Shown: in pieces, positions 25,815 to 39,355 of the stretch
Numbering within the stretch: the stretch's first letter is position 1
Layout: every line of letters starts with the position of its first letter
NCBI RefSeq assembly: GCF_018350175.1
Contig: NC_058369.1
Coordinates: 24,120,001 to 24,184,000, forward strand
Length of the DNA: 64,000 nt
Direction of reading: 5' to 3'
Origin: Felis catus
Lineage: Eukaryota
The notes under the pieces: model-generated
What the model saw: the letters and a program-made list of their open reading frames with translations, nothing else
What the model was told of the DNA's origin: nothing
The model's database searches: none
Made by a program: the position numbers and the translations under genes

Positions 25815-26012
25815 ACCAGTGGTTCTCAAGGGGGTCCCCTAACCAGCAGCAGCAGCTTCGTCTGGGAATTTGTGAGAATGCACATTCACAGCATCCTTTC
25901 CCGTGCCCCTGTCTCTACCTATTGAATCAGAAATTCTAACAGTATGGCCCAGCAATCTGTGTACTCTTCAGACAGATTCTGAGACATGTTCAAGTTTAAG
26001 AACTACTGGTTC
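25815..26012. mobile_element. MER5A (hAT-Charlie)
   Basis: Contains ccagtggttctcaag...ccagcagcagcagc...tgggaatttgtgagaatgcacattc...gaatcagaaattct...caagtttaagaactactgg, with inverted termini. Confidence 0.8.
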
Positions 26013-26629
26013 TTAAACAATATTGCCCACTTTCCAAAGAGTCTTTAAGCATAGATGTCATTGATCTGCCTCTATTTGAGAAAAGAAAGAATTAGCACAT
26101 TGTCACAGGGGATATATCTTTGTAAGCAAACAATGACTGTGATCATTCAGCTCAGAAAAGACCCTGAATTGATAAATGTTTGGGGGAAAGTCAGTGAAAG
26201 AAAACCAATGCACATTCAGGATATCCTTGCTCATTTCTGTTCATGCAGGCAGAGTGATCAGGCTTTATGTCAAGATGCTGCAGGCAAACTACTGGTTGGC
26301 ATTCCTGCCTTATCCATGGGGATGGTCCAGAAAGGAGCCCAGATGGCTTGCCTACCCAACCCCACTTTGATGGTAAGGTTCTTAACACAGACCTTGGTTT
26401 GTCAGTCATCTTTGCACCCAGGCCTTGACCTAATACTTAACACAGAGTAATCACTCAGAAAGAGTCTACAGAAGAATCAGTGGCTGAAATAGGTGCCATG
26501 GCATCTGTACAGCTGGGGAGAAGCAAACAAGGGGGCTTTGCTTATGGAATTTATTAATGGGCTAATTGCCTTTATAGGAAACAAGTGATTCAAAAACATG
26601 AGAGAGCTTGTAATAGGTGAAGAAAAAGT

Positions 26630-26860
26630 ACAGAACTGAGAGTCAACAAGGATCCATGTTCAAATCCTGTCCACTTGAGGCTATATGTCTTTGGTCAAGA
26701 TACCTGACCTCACTGAGCCTCCCATTCCTCAAGTGGACATGGGGATCATACATCCTGCCATACAGGGGAGTTGTGGGGATTAAATGAGGTTGCAGGGTAA
26801 ATGTCCAGCACAGCATCAGGCATGTAGTGAGTACTCAAAACATTGTCATGATCTGTAATA
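26630..26860 (+). mobile_element. MIR
   Basis: Contains gttcaaatcctg...cctcactgagcctcccattcctc...gggattaaatgag. Confidence 0.7.
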
Positions 26861-27039
26861 TCATTATCACATACTTGTTTAACTGGGGAAAATGAATCAG
26901 AGTTATGTCCCCCTGATGTAGTATGCATTCTGAAAGCCTTTAATGTAGGGCGGTTAGGGAATTATATTCCTGTCTATCCCATAGCTTTCAGCGTGTTGAG
27001 AGAGATCCATCAGTATAAAATAGGAGGAAACACAAGCAC

Positions 27040-27260
27040 TGAGGTTGGGTAGTTGATGGCTTTAATCCTTTCTCTGCCACTTACCAGCTGTGTGACCTTG
27101 CGTAAGCCACTTACACTCTCTGGGCTTCTGCCTTTGTAGATTGGAGATAATAATACACTTCACACAGGTCGTACTGAGGCCTGGAGATTAAAATGTCCAT
27201 GAAACACTCAGCCCTGTGCCCTGCCCCTTAGTAAGCACTTGATAGATGATAAGTATTATT
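27040..27260 (+). mobile_element. MIR
   Basis: Contains ctctgccacttaccagctgtgtgaccttgcgtaagccacttacactctctgggctt. Confidence 0.75.
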
Positions 27261-29699
27261 CACTAAAACTAACAATAAGCAGGACAGAATTCCATCTATG
27301 CTATAGAAGAGGCATGAGCAGAGTGTTAGAGGCATAAACAAGGAGAAGATACATTTGGAAAAGTGAGACAAGGGCAGGGGAAGCTTCTCGGAAGCGATAC
27401 TATTTAAACAATGTCTTAAAACAGGAGTCACAAACCCAAACACTGGCAGGGAAAAGCACTTATTAACAAGAATTGATGCTGGCCAGGCAGGGAAAATGCT
27501 CCTTAACTGCCACTAATTTCCACAGGCAAAAACACGGGTTCTCTCACTGAAAGAGAAAAAAGTATCTGAGCTTTTCTTGGGAAATCTGATATTTTTAAAA
27601 TACTATCTCAATTAAAAAGAAAAAAAAACCCACAAACTTACCTGAATTTACAAAACACATCTACTGGTGACATCTGGCCACTGGCTACCAGTTTTCACCT
27701 TCTATTTTAAAGGATGGGTAGAGTTTTGTCAAGCAGGGATAGTGGTGAGATCATCCTAGCAAGAAAACAGTCTGGGCTGAAGCAGGGGAAAGGTAGAGGT
27801 GGAAAGGCCAGGAAGCTTTCAGAAATCAGAATACTGAACCAGGAGACTGAAAGGGAGAGGATGGGGAACAGAAATGCCAGGAAGCAAGAAGCATGTGGAG
27901 AAGGCTTTCAGGGAGAGGTATGGGCTGGATTGACAGGGTAGGTCTGAGAATATGGACGTGGAAAAGGAAGGACTTTGAAATGAAGAACAGAAACCCTACC
28001 AGGCCACTCTCTTCCCTTCTTTGGGCCTTAGTTTTCCCTTTTGTAAGGTGAGCTCCTGAATTAGAGGAGTTAAGTAGCCTTCCAGCCCTTTCTGCACCAC
28101 TCAGGTGCCACTGCAAATTCCGCACCTGGGGAACACTATGTGCAGCTTCTGTGATGTAGGTTATGGGGGATGTGACTCTAGCTCCCCATTAGGAGAAAAA
28201 GGATTAAAGGTCTGCCCAAGCACCACCTTTAATAGCCATAGAAGACAAGCTGTCCTGAGCAATGCAGGGGAACCAAAGTCCTTAAGAATAGACACAATCT
28301 CTGCATAAAGCAGTAGCTCAAATAATGAGACAGGCACCTTCACTGAATGCCTGCTTTGGGCCAGATGCCAGTCTATTTACTGAACAAAATTATCTCATTG
28401 AATGAAGACAGGTCCACTACTATTCCCATGGTATAGGCCTAGAATTGTTAAATAGGCCTAAGGTCACATAGCTGGAAATCACAGGACCAGCAGTCAGGCC
28501 AGGGAGTCAGTCTGATCCAGTACCTTAATCCCAGCCCCTCTGTCAAACTGCCTCCCTTTTAGCATCTTTAAAATTTTCACTTTGTTCCTGTGTTCCTTCG
28601 CAGTGGTGCCAAAATTATGTGGCAGGATAACCCAAACGGGAATGTTCCTTACCTATGGGTACATCGAGAAAGGCTTAGGACTAGGATTCCCTCTCCTGCT
28701 CCAGGGAGGGGGGTCCAGGGTTGGAGTCCTGGCCAGTTCTATACTCCTGGATAGAGTATAGGAGTATACTCTATATACTCCTATACTACATACTTCTATA
28801 CTCTGTGAGGTGTATGTAATCACACAGAGGTGATTTAAGAGGTTGTTTCCAAAAAAGTGGATTTTTGGTCTGAGGAGTCAAATTGTCAGAATGAGTTTGA
28901 ATGCATGGGTACTTAAGAGATGTGGATTCTTCCTTGGGTGACCACAGAGGTGCTGGATTTCACAGATGGCAAGGGCCTGCATCACACCCCAAGCAGCTCC
29001 CCAGAGTGGGGGGACAAGAAGCACAGGACCAAATGCTAAGGGCAAGGGTTCAGGCAGCCATGGGAAGGAGTGTATTAGTGACTACATTTGGCATGGACCC
29101 CGACCATCCCGGAGGTAGCCATCTGAACTAAAGACCAGAGCCTTGCCTCAAGCACTCTGGGTGAATAAGCTTCAGGGCTATTATTAGAATCCTGAGGAAG
29201 AGAGAGAGAGTCCCCTATAATGGCTGAGATTTTGTTTTCTGCTAAGCATGGCTAATGGGAAGAGGGCTGTGATCTAACAATTAATTTGAGTTAGAAAAAT
29301 AAAATATTATGTTTTGCACCCAAAGATTGTAAGGTTAATTTGGCCAATTATAATTATTTACAGGGAAAAATATTTACATTGAGAAGTCTTCATGTTTGAT
29401 GATTTTGCCCATCTGATTATGGAAAGCCTTTTCTCTCTCTTATGTACATATACACTATGTATTTTTATAGTTTTCTCTTCAAATACTCTATTTTTAGGTT
29501 GACTCAACAGCTACTCCAAAAGATAAATATAAAACTCTATTTCAAAAAAAATTAATGTATGTGTCTATGTGTAGACACATAAATTATTTGTGTCTTTCTC
29601 CACTTAAAATGAGAGATAAACCAAATATTCTAAGATTTTTCCTAAGCTCTAATATTAATACTCAATAACAAATTAACTAAAAAGTATTAACACCAATCA

Positions 29700-29950
29700 A
29701 TAATTACATGACATTTACCCTGTGTCATACATTGATCTAAGGTGTATGTGAATAGCTGTTTACAATCCCATTTATTTCTCATGACATTATTTTGAGCTAT
29801 CATTCCCATTTTACAGATGGAGAAACTGAGGCACAAAGGGGTTAAGTAATTTTCCTTCAGTCATACAGCTAGCAAGTGGTAGGGCTGAGATTTGAACTCA
29901 GGCTGTCAGGCTCCAGAGTCTATGATGACCATTACAGCACTTTGCTTCCT
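29700..29950 (-). mobile_element. MIR
   Basis: Contains cccattttacagatggagaaactgaggcacaaaggggttaagtaat...gatttgaactcaggc. Confidence 0.85.
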
Positions 29951-31959
29951 AGTGTCTGTTATAAGAATTGAAGGCAGAACATTTAGCACGTTTCAAGCTC
30001 TCTATAAATCCATTCATTAATTCAACAAAATACATTATGGTACTATGCCAGGTATGAGGGATTCAGTCCCTGCACTCATGGTATTCACGGTCTAGCAAGG
30101 AACTTGCTCTTAATTTTCTCCTTCCCTCCATCTTGCCCTCCCTCCTTCTCTCAATTCCCAAGGAAATTACCCACATCAACAGACTTCATTTCACAACTTC
30201 ATCCAAAAACTCATATGCACATACCCCAGTGATGTAGCTGAGTCTAACACACAACTTAAGGGGTCTAAAAGAAAGCTAAATTTGTAAAATTTACAAAGCA
30301 AATCACAAATAATGATCTCATAACCCAAAGATAGCAGGACATGGTCCAATTAGAAATAAACCCAAATTGCTGAGACATGGAAGCATGGAAATATAGAAGG
30401 CTTGAAAGATAACATTTGCTACTATTAAGAGATTTCTTTTGCATTCATAGTTCCTGAGCTGAGTTTGGTTTACAAACATCCTGGGGTTGGAGGCCTGTCT
30501 AAATGTAATATTCTCATAAGAGCATTGACTTCATCACAAGGCAGGCCCTGCTGATGGCAGCCTAAGACTGGAATGTGCAGATAATTATCTTTAAGGCTAC
30601 TCAACGGCTGTATGTCTCCTATAATATCACCTTTAAGATCAAGCCAAGACATTCCAGTCTGAATCAAGGTTTATTTATAAAAGGATTTAACACTTTTAGA
30701 TCCCATATTGCTTGGAGGACCACCAATTTCCATTCCCAAATATCCAATTTCTTTAATTTCACAGAGCATGAATGAGATTTCAGGTTACCATATGTGGAGG
30801 GAAAAATTTAAGACACTAAAATTCCTTTGCTTCAATGAGGTGAGTTTCTTTGCTAATGCCTCCACAAAATAAAATCACCACTAGGGACTGAAAGTAGAAA
30901 ATACCATAAGTCATAATGCCACATTCATGTAGATACAACCAAATTTTCAGGTAATTCTAGCTGAATGGTCTCCCTTGTTCCCCTCAAACTTGAAAGGTCA
31001 AAGGAGCAATTTGAATGTGGGTACTCTATATCAGCCACAGAGGAGAGAAAGAATGGTCCTTCTACCAACAAATACACAAGATTTAAAGAGATGCAAAGAT
31101 ACCTAAAGAAAGCAAATGGACCCCCATAAATTGGAGGGATCTGCTGGAGGGAACCAGTTAATCTAGAAGATTGTATAACGTCCTTTATTGGTGGTGTTAG
31201 GGACTGACCAGGTATCCTTTTTGGAGAACTAGCATAAACTGGCTTAAACTGGACCAGGGTTGGCATAGTGTGTGGTATGTAGTCAAAAGTGATAGACACT
31301 TTTGTGGGGACAAGAGAGACAGGCAACCTCAGAGGAGATTATATGCCAGAGCCCAATATTTCAGCCCTGAAAAGTTATTTGATAATTGCACATGCTACAA
31401 AGAAAGACAATGACCATGAAGGCTACCAACACACATAAAAATCAATGTATTTTTTTATAGGAAACATAGTATTAGTCATTTGTTGATATTAAATAATTTT
31501 AGTCATTTCATGACAAAAAATAACTCAGGGATTAAGCAAGAAAGAAGTGAAAAACACTTAAGTTGAAGAACGATCAAATATCTTATCTTTATTATCACTT
31601 ATAGGTATTAATAATTCTCTATTAATTAATAATATTAAAATCACATGTTAATAAATACCTACTAATGGGTATTAATATATATGCATGTGTGAGTATACAT
31701 TTATTTTCATATGAGAATGGAACCTTCCTGATGGTCATATCTATCTTTCTCAATTAATTAAAGAGACATTCTGGTTTTCTAAAACAAAATTATATACACA
31801 TGTATACATATTCATACACACAATAAGAGAAGACCATTTAGAAAAATACATTAGGGAATTTAAAAGTAGTTTCCCTTGGTTATGAATCATGGCATTTTTT
31901 TTCTATTTATTATCCAAACCCAAAATAGCTTTATCAATACTTTGATCTCAATTATCAAA

Positions 31960-32470
31960 TAATACATGATTATTATGTATTTTTAATTATGAAATATGGG
32001 AAAGTATGAGAGAGAAAGAAAAGCAAAATAAACACACACACACACACACAACTCCAGGACCCAGAGAACCACTGACCATTTTTATGGCCTTCTAAACTTC
32101 TTTCTATCTATGCCCATGGCTTTCACTAAAATCAATCATACTACACATACTGTTTTGTGGCCTTCCTTTTAAGTTAACAAAATACCATTGACGTTTTCCT
32201 ACCAGTAAATATTGATCTAGTTCATTCTCTAGTGGCCACAGTGTAATCTGTCATAATCCCCTCCCAATGGGCCTTGAGGTTGTTTCCAAGTTTTCAAATT
32301 ATATAAATAACTGTACAGAAATGATCTCTGAACATTTTCTCTGCTCATGATCCAACTATTACTTAAGATAAGTTCCTGGAAGGCCACTTGCTAGGTCAAA
32401 GAGCTTGCATATCTTTAAGGTTTAGAATACACACCAACAAATTGGCCTCCTGAAAGACTATACAAATCAG
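31960..32470 (-). mobile_element. Old L1 (L1ME-type) fragment
   Basis: Contains ggttgtttccaagttttcaaattatataaataactg...ttcctggaaggccacttgctaggtcaaagag. Confidence 0.6.
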
Positions 32471-32548
32471 CATGAGGATCATATTTTATTTTCCTTTTTG
32501 TTTCTCTGTATTTTCTGCTGATATTTTCTGTAACTTATACTTTGCTTT

Positions 32549-32810
32549 AAAATAGTTACAAACAGAGAGGGAAGGAGGCAAACCATAAGAGGATCTTAAG
32601 CACAGAGAACAAACTGAGGGTTTATGGGGTGGGGGAAGAGGGGAAAATGGGTGATGGGCATTGAGGAGGGCACCTGGGTGTTGTATGTAAGCGATGAATC
32701 ATGGGAACCTACCTCCAAAACCATGAGCACGCTGTATACACTGTATGTTAGCCAACTTGACAATAAATTATATTTAAAAAATAAAGTTAAATATCAAAAA
32801 AGAAAAAAAA
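32549..32810 (+). mobile_element. Felid/carnivore L1 3' UTR fragment with A-rich tail
   Basis: Contains caaacagagagggaaggaggcaaaccataagag...gagaacaaactgaggg...gggcattgaggagggcac...gttagccaacttgacaataaatt. Confidence 0.88.
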
Positions 32811-34704
32811 TGCTTGTACAAAAGGAAAATGAGTAATTTATAAAAAATAAATAAAAGGAAAAGAAAGGGATCAACTGGAAGATGACTTTTTCTGATACAC
32901 AACTCTGATCCATGGGATAGGTGTTGTCTAGAAAGAAGGTGGGGGCACAGGACTCTAACTTGATGCTACTGTCCACTAAACTCACCCAACTCACTCCCCT
33001 TGCTCACATCCATAATGCTATCTTCCCACACAATTTCCCCCACAACACATCTACTGGGGAGGGGGGGAAGGAAGTGATAATCAAGACTAAGTATCTAGTC
33101 CTTTTAAATGGTCCTAGTCATCACTTCACGAATAAAAGGTCATCCTAAGTTTTCAAAACCAAGACAAAGATTCAAAAGAATCCTCCTTAGGTGAGTCAAG
33201 ACTTTCCAATTCCTTTCCTTCACCCTGAGACCAATAAAACACTCTTGCCTTTTCCTGTTACCACAATTGTTTGTTTGTTTCTTTTTAAGAAGACACAGGC
33301 CATTGAACCTGGTGGCTGGGAAGCAAGGAAACTGAACACTCATCCTAGCAAAGTCTCCAAAAGTCATACATTTAAAAAACACATTCTGTTAATATTTTGT
33401 CATGAAGTTTGTTAACTGTATGATAGGGAGAAGATGCAGCATGAGAAAAAATCTTGAGATACCTGCAGAAATTAGTCCACAACTGAGAGTCCCTTTTATG
33501 GACTAGCTTCTTACTAACCAGAGCCTTGGGCTTCCAAACTCTCTCTGTTCCAAGTCTCATCTAGGGAGAAAGGGAGGCAGAGATTGGACCTCTTCTCTTT
33601 GAATACTAAATTATTCTTAACACTCTTTATTGGCTAAGAATAGAATGGAAGATCAGAGAACTCAGAGGCCAGGAATATCTGTTTGCTTCAGAGGTCATCT
33701 TTAACACCTGAGAACACCACCAGCTTTTCTCTTTAGAGTAGAAACTACCTTTACCAATACCTTTTTTCTAATGGTACATGCACCAATCTCTTGCCACTTC
33801 TAGAAAGCCATCATCCTATAGCTCTTCCCCTCAAACACAATGTCTGAGAAGATCATTAATTCCCCTCATGCAAGTGAGTTGTTGACTAAGCTTTACCTCA
33901 GGCCAGAGGAAATTATTTGTTCATTGATTGAAGCATTTGCCAACCAGGAGACGTACAAACATGCCAATGTAGACTCACAAAAGAAGCAGCTACAAGTTAA
34001 CTTGATTTTGAGGACACTATTCAAGTTTATCTCACAAAACTAGATATCCACCATGGGAACGAGAAAGGAAAGGAACCAGATTCCATGCTTCCTTCCTGGA
34101 TGTGCTTCTTTCCAAGTCCTAGTGGAACCTGCAGTCTTCTATTTGGGTACATGATTCATTTTTAGAAATACAGGTAAGATAGAACCAAAGATTGAAAATA
34201 GCTAATGACACCTTGTTTTTCAGATCGAGTCTTTTATGAAGCATACACAGTTATGCCATATTTCACACATGCTTTCACCTTCACAGTGTCCCTGATTAAG
34301 TCTCAGGATGGGCATTTTTAAGATATTAGTAATTTCCATATTTGTCTTAACTATATTAAGTATATACACCCCACGTTCTTTACCATTTTTAGTATTTAGT
34401 ACTTTTAGTACTACTTGTATAAATTTATAACATGTCTTGGTTTTATGAGATAAATTGCTAAATTCAAACATTTTACGCCTTTTATTAAATTATGCCACTT
34501 GACATCTGTAATTTTGATTGCAAGTTAAATTAGTTTGGATTAATGAGAGACACACAATATTTGAGCTAAGAGGAATGTGAATAAGATTCCACTTATTCTT
34601 ACTTATGTTAACATACCTAGTTACAGATAATGTCTTACCTATTTTCTAACTGGTTAAGGGGGTAGAAACAAGATAACCACCCTCATTAGAAATATGTGTA
34701 TGCA

Positions 34705-34930
34705 GGGGCGCCTGGGTGGCGCAGTCAGTTAAGCGTCCGACTTCAGCCAGGTCATGATCTCGCGGTCCGTGAGTTCGAGCCCCATGTCGGGCTCTGGGCT
34801 GATGGCTCAGAGCCTGGAGCCTGTTTCCGATTCTGTGTCTCCCTCTCTCTCTGCCCCTCCCCCGTTCATGCTCTGCCTCTCTCTGTCCCAAAAATAAATA
34901 AACGTTGAAAAAAAAATTAAAAAAAAAAAA
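34705..34930 (+). mobile_element. Young felid Can-SINE (SINEC_Fc-like), full length
   Basis: Near-consensus and CpG-retaining. Perfect 17-bp TSD AGAAATATGTGTATGCA at 34688-34704 and 34931-34947. Confidence 0.96.
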
Positions 34931-35759
34931 AGAAATATGTGTATGCAGAAAGACAATAGGCTCTAATGAAGTTATTGGGAAAACTGATTTTTAATTTGTT
35001 GGGCCTGTCCAGAGGTTGGTGTTTGCTTCCTTATTCATTGCTGCATTGGAGAAAGTTAAGAATGCTAGATAAATAAGTTCCTAAAAAATTAGGAGTTACA
35101 GATTATTTCAAAAGTTATCTATTTAAAAAACTCATGACATTTTTAGATTATAAGACAAAAACAAAATATCACTAAAATTCTTCATGTCTTCTAAATAGGA
35201 CACACATATCCATAGTATTTGCATAAGAATATCCCAACCCACTCACAGCCACTGACCCAGAGCATGAATTCCACCTTAAGGTCAAGCCAGGCAATTCTGA
35301 AAGAAGTGCTAAATCCTCTAACCACTGCAAACCCATTCAACTTGCTGTGGCAACAGCGCGGTGAGTATTTCGGTCCCAGTGGCCTAGAAGAATGAGTGTA
35401 CTTCATAAAGCACCCAATTTATTCCCATAAAATGCTTGGCATGCCAGTTGACTTTGGGCTCATTTTACACAAAAATCTAGGTTTTTGGAAAGATTTACTC
35501 TAGGGTTTCCAAATGTTTATTGCCTCGCTGACAGATTTTTAGACTGGTACTTGTAACAGGTGATTTTTCACACCACTAGGAATCCAGAATGTGATTCCAG
35601 AACACTGGGCAAAAACCATCTCTAAGATGCTAGTTGACATCAAATCACATGAATTCTAGAATATATGAAAGCAGAAAAATACTTCTTAAGTTAATAATCA
35701 TGTGAGATAGCACAGCATCATCAAAAGTTACACCCTTTATAAAGTCCATGCCTCTAGTA

Positions 35760-36112
35760 TTTTCTCTGTTCCTCAGATATATACCAATCATGTTCCCACC
35801 TCGATGATCTTGCACTTACTTGCTGCTCCTGATGCCTGGAGTCAACTCATTCCAGTGCTTTACAAGATTTCCTTCTGCTCATACTTCAGCTTCAGAAGTA
35901 GCCCTCTACCTCTCCACACCACACTGTATATAATATTGCCTGGTAATTTCCTTAATAGCAAATATTATAATCTCCAATTGTCTTGTTCATTTTTTAAATG
36001 TATTTCTGATTAGTGAGGGCAGGGCCTTTTCTTCCTTATTCACAGTCACTTCCCTAGTACCTGGAACAGTATCTAGGACAGTAGGGACTCAATAAATGTA
36101 TGCTAAATAAGT
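35760..36112 (+). mobile_element. L2 3' fragment
   Basis: Contains gttcccacctc...ttgcacttacttgctgctcctgatgcctgga...tgagggcagggcc...gtagggactcaataaatgt. Confidence 0.7.
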
Positions 36113-36429
36113 AAAAAGTTTAACACAAAGTACTAAGATTTTTCACTGAACTATAGTGCAAAGCCATAGGTTTGACTTGTATTACATTCTAAGTTCTCCA
36201 TCATTGTAAAAACAAGATATAGTCCAGAGGAGAGGTATCTTAATCAGGTTCATGATCTGCAGAATGGAGGTAATCATATTAATTTACTTATTCCCCAAGT
36301 TCTATCATGAAGATAGATTTCAATGCTTTAAAAATAGTTTACTTTTCAAATACATTTTCTTCTATTATTAAATTGGTAGTATGCCCTTATGCACACTCTG
36401 TGAAGATTTTTGAAAGGTAAAAAATGACG

Positions 36430-36966
36430 TGTGGAAAAAAGCGTGCAATGAATGTTCACAGCAACATTACTCATAACAGCCAAAACATTACTAGAAATGT
36501 GAAAACAACCCAACTGTCATCAACTAATGAATGTCATCAACTAATGAATAATTAAAAGATGGTATATCCAAATATCCATACAATGAAATATTCTTCATTT
36601 ATTTTTATGAAGGTACATAATGACATATGCTATAACATGGATGAACCTTGAAAACACTGTCCTAAGTAGAAGAGGCCAGACACAAAAGGCCACATAGTAT
36701 ATAAATCCATTTATATCAAATGTCCAAAATAGGCAAACCCATTGATACAGAAAACAGATTAGTGGCTACCAAAGATTGGGGATTGAGGGGTGAAAATGTG
36801 GAGTAACTATTTAAAGAGTCCAGGATTTCCTTCTGAGGTGATAAAAATGTTCAAAATTGATTGCAATAATGGTTGCACAACTCTGGGAAATACTAAAAAT
36901 CACTGAATGGTACACTTTGAATGGGTGAGTTGGACAGAATGTGAATCATATCTCAATAAAGCTGTC
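36430..36966 (+). mobile_element. Old L1 (L1MB-type) 3' end
   Basis: Contains aacatggatgaaccttgaaaacac...agaggccagacacaaaaggccacatag...atatctcaataaagctg. Confidence 0.85.
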
Positions 36967-37707
36967 ATTCATATTCATATCAATATCCATACCTGTATCC
37001 ATACCCATATCCATAGATCTGGCATGTAGATACCAATCATATCTTTGGAGATGAAGCTGGATGATTAACTCTCATCTAGACCTAAAGTCTACAAATAAAG
37101 ATACTACCTGCTTATCTTGGGATGCACTGTTTAAGGAAATGTCAACTTCTCTAACAGATAAACTCTTATATCTCAATGGCTTATTATAAGTGTATTTTTA
37201 GCTCAAATAGATTCCAGTGAACAGGGGGAAGGGCAGAGGATAATGTTTACTGTCTAATAACTTCACCATCCTTTAGTCTGGGCCTCACAGTTCCAGTGGA
37301 TCTTCTGTATCTAGCCAGTAGACAGGGACAAGAAGGTAAATTACACTTTGGTAAAGTAACTTATATGCCAAGTCTAAAAATAACAACAATCACTGCCATT
37401 GCCCCAAACTCAGCAATATGGCCATCCCTGACTACAATGGAATGTGGGAAATGGAACTTATCTTGGTGTCAAGGAGGAAAAGGATTCAGGTTTGCTTGAA
37501 AATTACATAGCAGGATTTACTACTTAAAGAGAGGACAGAATTAGGAAAAGCCTATGAGCATCTATTTTGTTACACACACTATTTCTCTAAAGATATTCCC
37601 TCTTAACAAGTAGTTAATACCATAGAGAATAAATTGGTAAAACTACTTTAGAAAGAGACCTGGCAATATATAGTAAAGTCAAAGATATGTGGAACCTATA
37701 ATCCAAT

Positions 37708-38151
37708 GTTGTAGATTAGAGAGACCTGGCTACAATATTTTGCAACTTCTCTTATCCTGTGAATCTGGGATGGCTTTGCGACTTGCTTTGACCAACAGAA
37801 TAAGGTGGAAATGATACTGAGTGCATTCAAAAGCCTATGACTTAAAAAGCCTTGCAGCTCCTGCTTGGAATGATGTTTCAAGAATGCCATGTTGTAAGGA
37901 AGCTCACCTACCCTACTGGATGTTAAGAAGCCAAATGAAGGAGATCTGAGGTACCCTAGCCCATAGACAGTCCCAATGGCCAGACATATAAGTGAGGCCA
38001 TGCTGGACTATTCAGCCATTTCAGCCATCATCTGATTGCAATGAGTTAAGGAAAACTAACAGAACCACCATGTCTACCCTTAGAATTGTGTAAATCATTA
38101 TTTTAAGCCAGTAAATTTGGGTGTTTTGTGATACAATATATAACTGATACA
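37708..38151 (+). mobile_element. MaLR solo LTR (MLT1G/H-like) inserted in an old L1
   Basis: TG...CA termini (tgttgtag...aactgataca). Internal motifs gacttgctttgaccaacagaat and ttttaagccagtaaatttggg. Confidence 0.75.
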
Positions 38152-38429
38152 GCCAGGAATTTCACTGCTGAATATATACCATAGATAAACTCTCAGACTT
38201 CTACCCAAAGAGAAATGCTGAAAAATGTCCACATGGCACTGTTTTTAAAAGGAAAAAATATGGGAAAAAATAATATGTCAACCATAAAAAATATGGGTAT
38301 TTAATATATGATTTAGATAGCCAATGGAATGCTATACAGCAGTGAAAATAAAATAGAGCTACCACTATTAACATGAAATAAACTTCAAAAACATACTATT
38401 AAGAAAAGAAAGTAAATTACCCAATGATA

Positions 38430-38870
38430 CACATTTATTCAATCATCCAATGTTTATAGAACACTATGTAGGCTACTAGGATAAAGCAGTTATGAAAACA
38501 GACCAAAAAAAGAGAACAACGAAAGGAAACAAATGAATAAAAGTCCCTGTCGTCAGTGAACCTGCATTCCACTGGAGGGATACAGACAATAAAAAAGAAA
38601 ATAAGTCAAATGTTTAGTAACCTAGATGGCAAAAAGTACTAAAGAGAATAATGAAGAAGGGAAAAGAGATGAAAGATTGAGGGAGCATGCAGTTTTAGAT
38701 GGGGTGGCCCACGAAGACACTAAGGCAGTCTTTTAAATAAAAACGTAAGGGAAATAGGAAACTAGCCATGTGTGGATGTTAGGGGAAGGGCAATCTAGGC
38801 AAAAGGGAACTGCAAGTGCAAAGGCTGTGACATGGAAGTACAACTGGTGTGTGCAAGGAATAGGGAGGCC
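38430..38870 (-). mobile_element. L2 fragment
   Basis: Contains catttattcaatcatccaatgtttatagaacactatg...ggaagggcaatctaggcaaaagggaactgcaagtgcaaaggc. Confidence 0.7.
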
Positions 38871-39158
38871 AATGCATAATCGGCTTAATAGTAAAGAGGA
38901 AAGCATGAAGCCATTTATGTTGCATTTTAAGAATGCACAAAATTATAGTACTTATTATTCATGAACTTATAAATATCTAGTAAAATTATAAAAAAAACAG
39001 TCTATTTTGGTTATGAATACATACATATGTCAAATAAGTATAAAAATAAGCCTGGACGGATACACATTGATTTCAGGATAGAATTCCCATTGAGGAAAAT
39101 GAGGTAAATGTGATCAAGATGGGGTATAATATTTTATCTCTTTAAAAATTGTCCAGCA

Positions 39159-39355
39159 GAGGTGACTGGGTGGCTCAGTAGGTTAAGGATCCAACTCTTG
39201 ATTTTGGCTCAGGTCATAGTCTCATGGTTCACGAGTTTGAGCCCCTCACTGGGGTCTACGCTAACAGTGTAGAGCCTGCTTGGAAATCTTTCTCTGCTTC
39301 TCCCCTGCTCTCTCCCTCTAACTAACTAACTAAACAAGCAAACAAACAAACCTAA
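39159..39355 (+). mobile_element. Older Can-SINE
   Basis: Contains gactgggtggctcagtaggttaag...ctcttgattttggctcaggtcat. Degenerate TSD (aaaattgtccagca / aaaaatgtcaagca). Confidence 0.85.

Noticed and set aside
30925..31326. 133-aa ORF as a possible retrocopy or endogenous viral fragment
   Set aside because: No recognisable motif, TSD or poly(A), and the length is compatible with chance. A tBLASTx/HMM search would be needed to exclude it fully.
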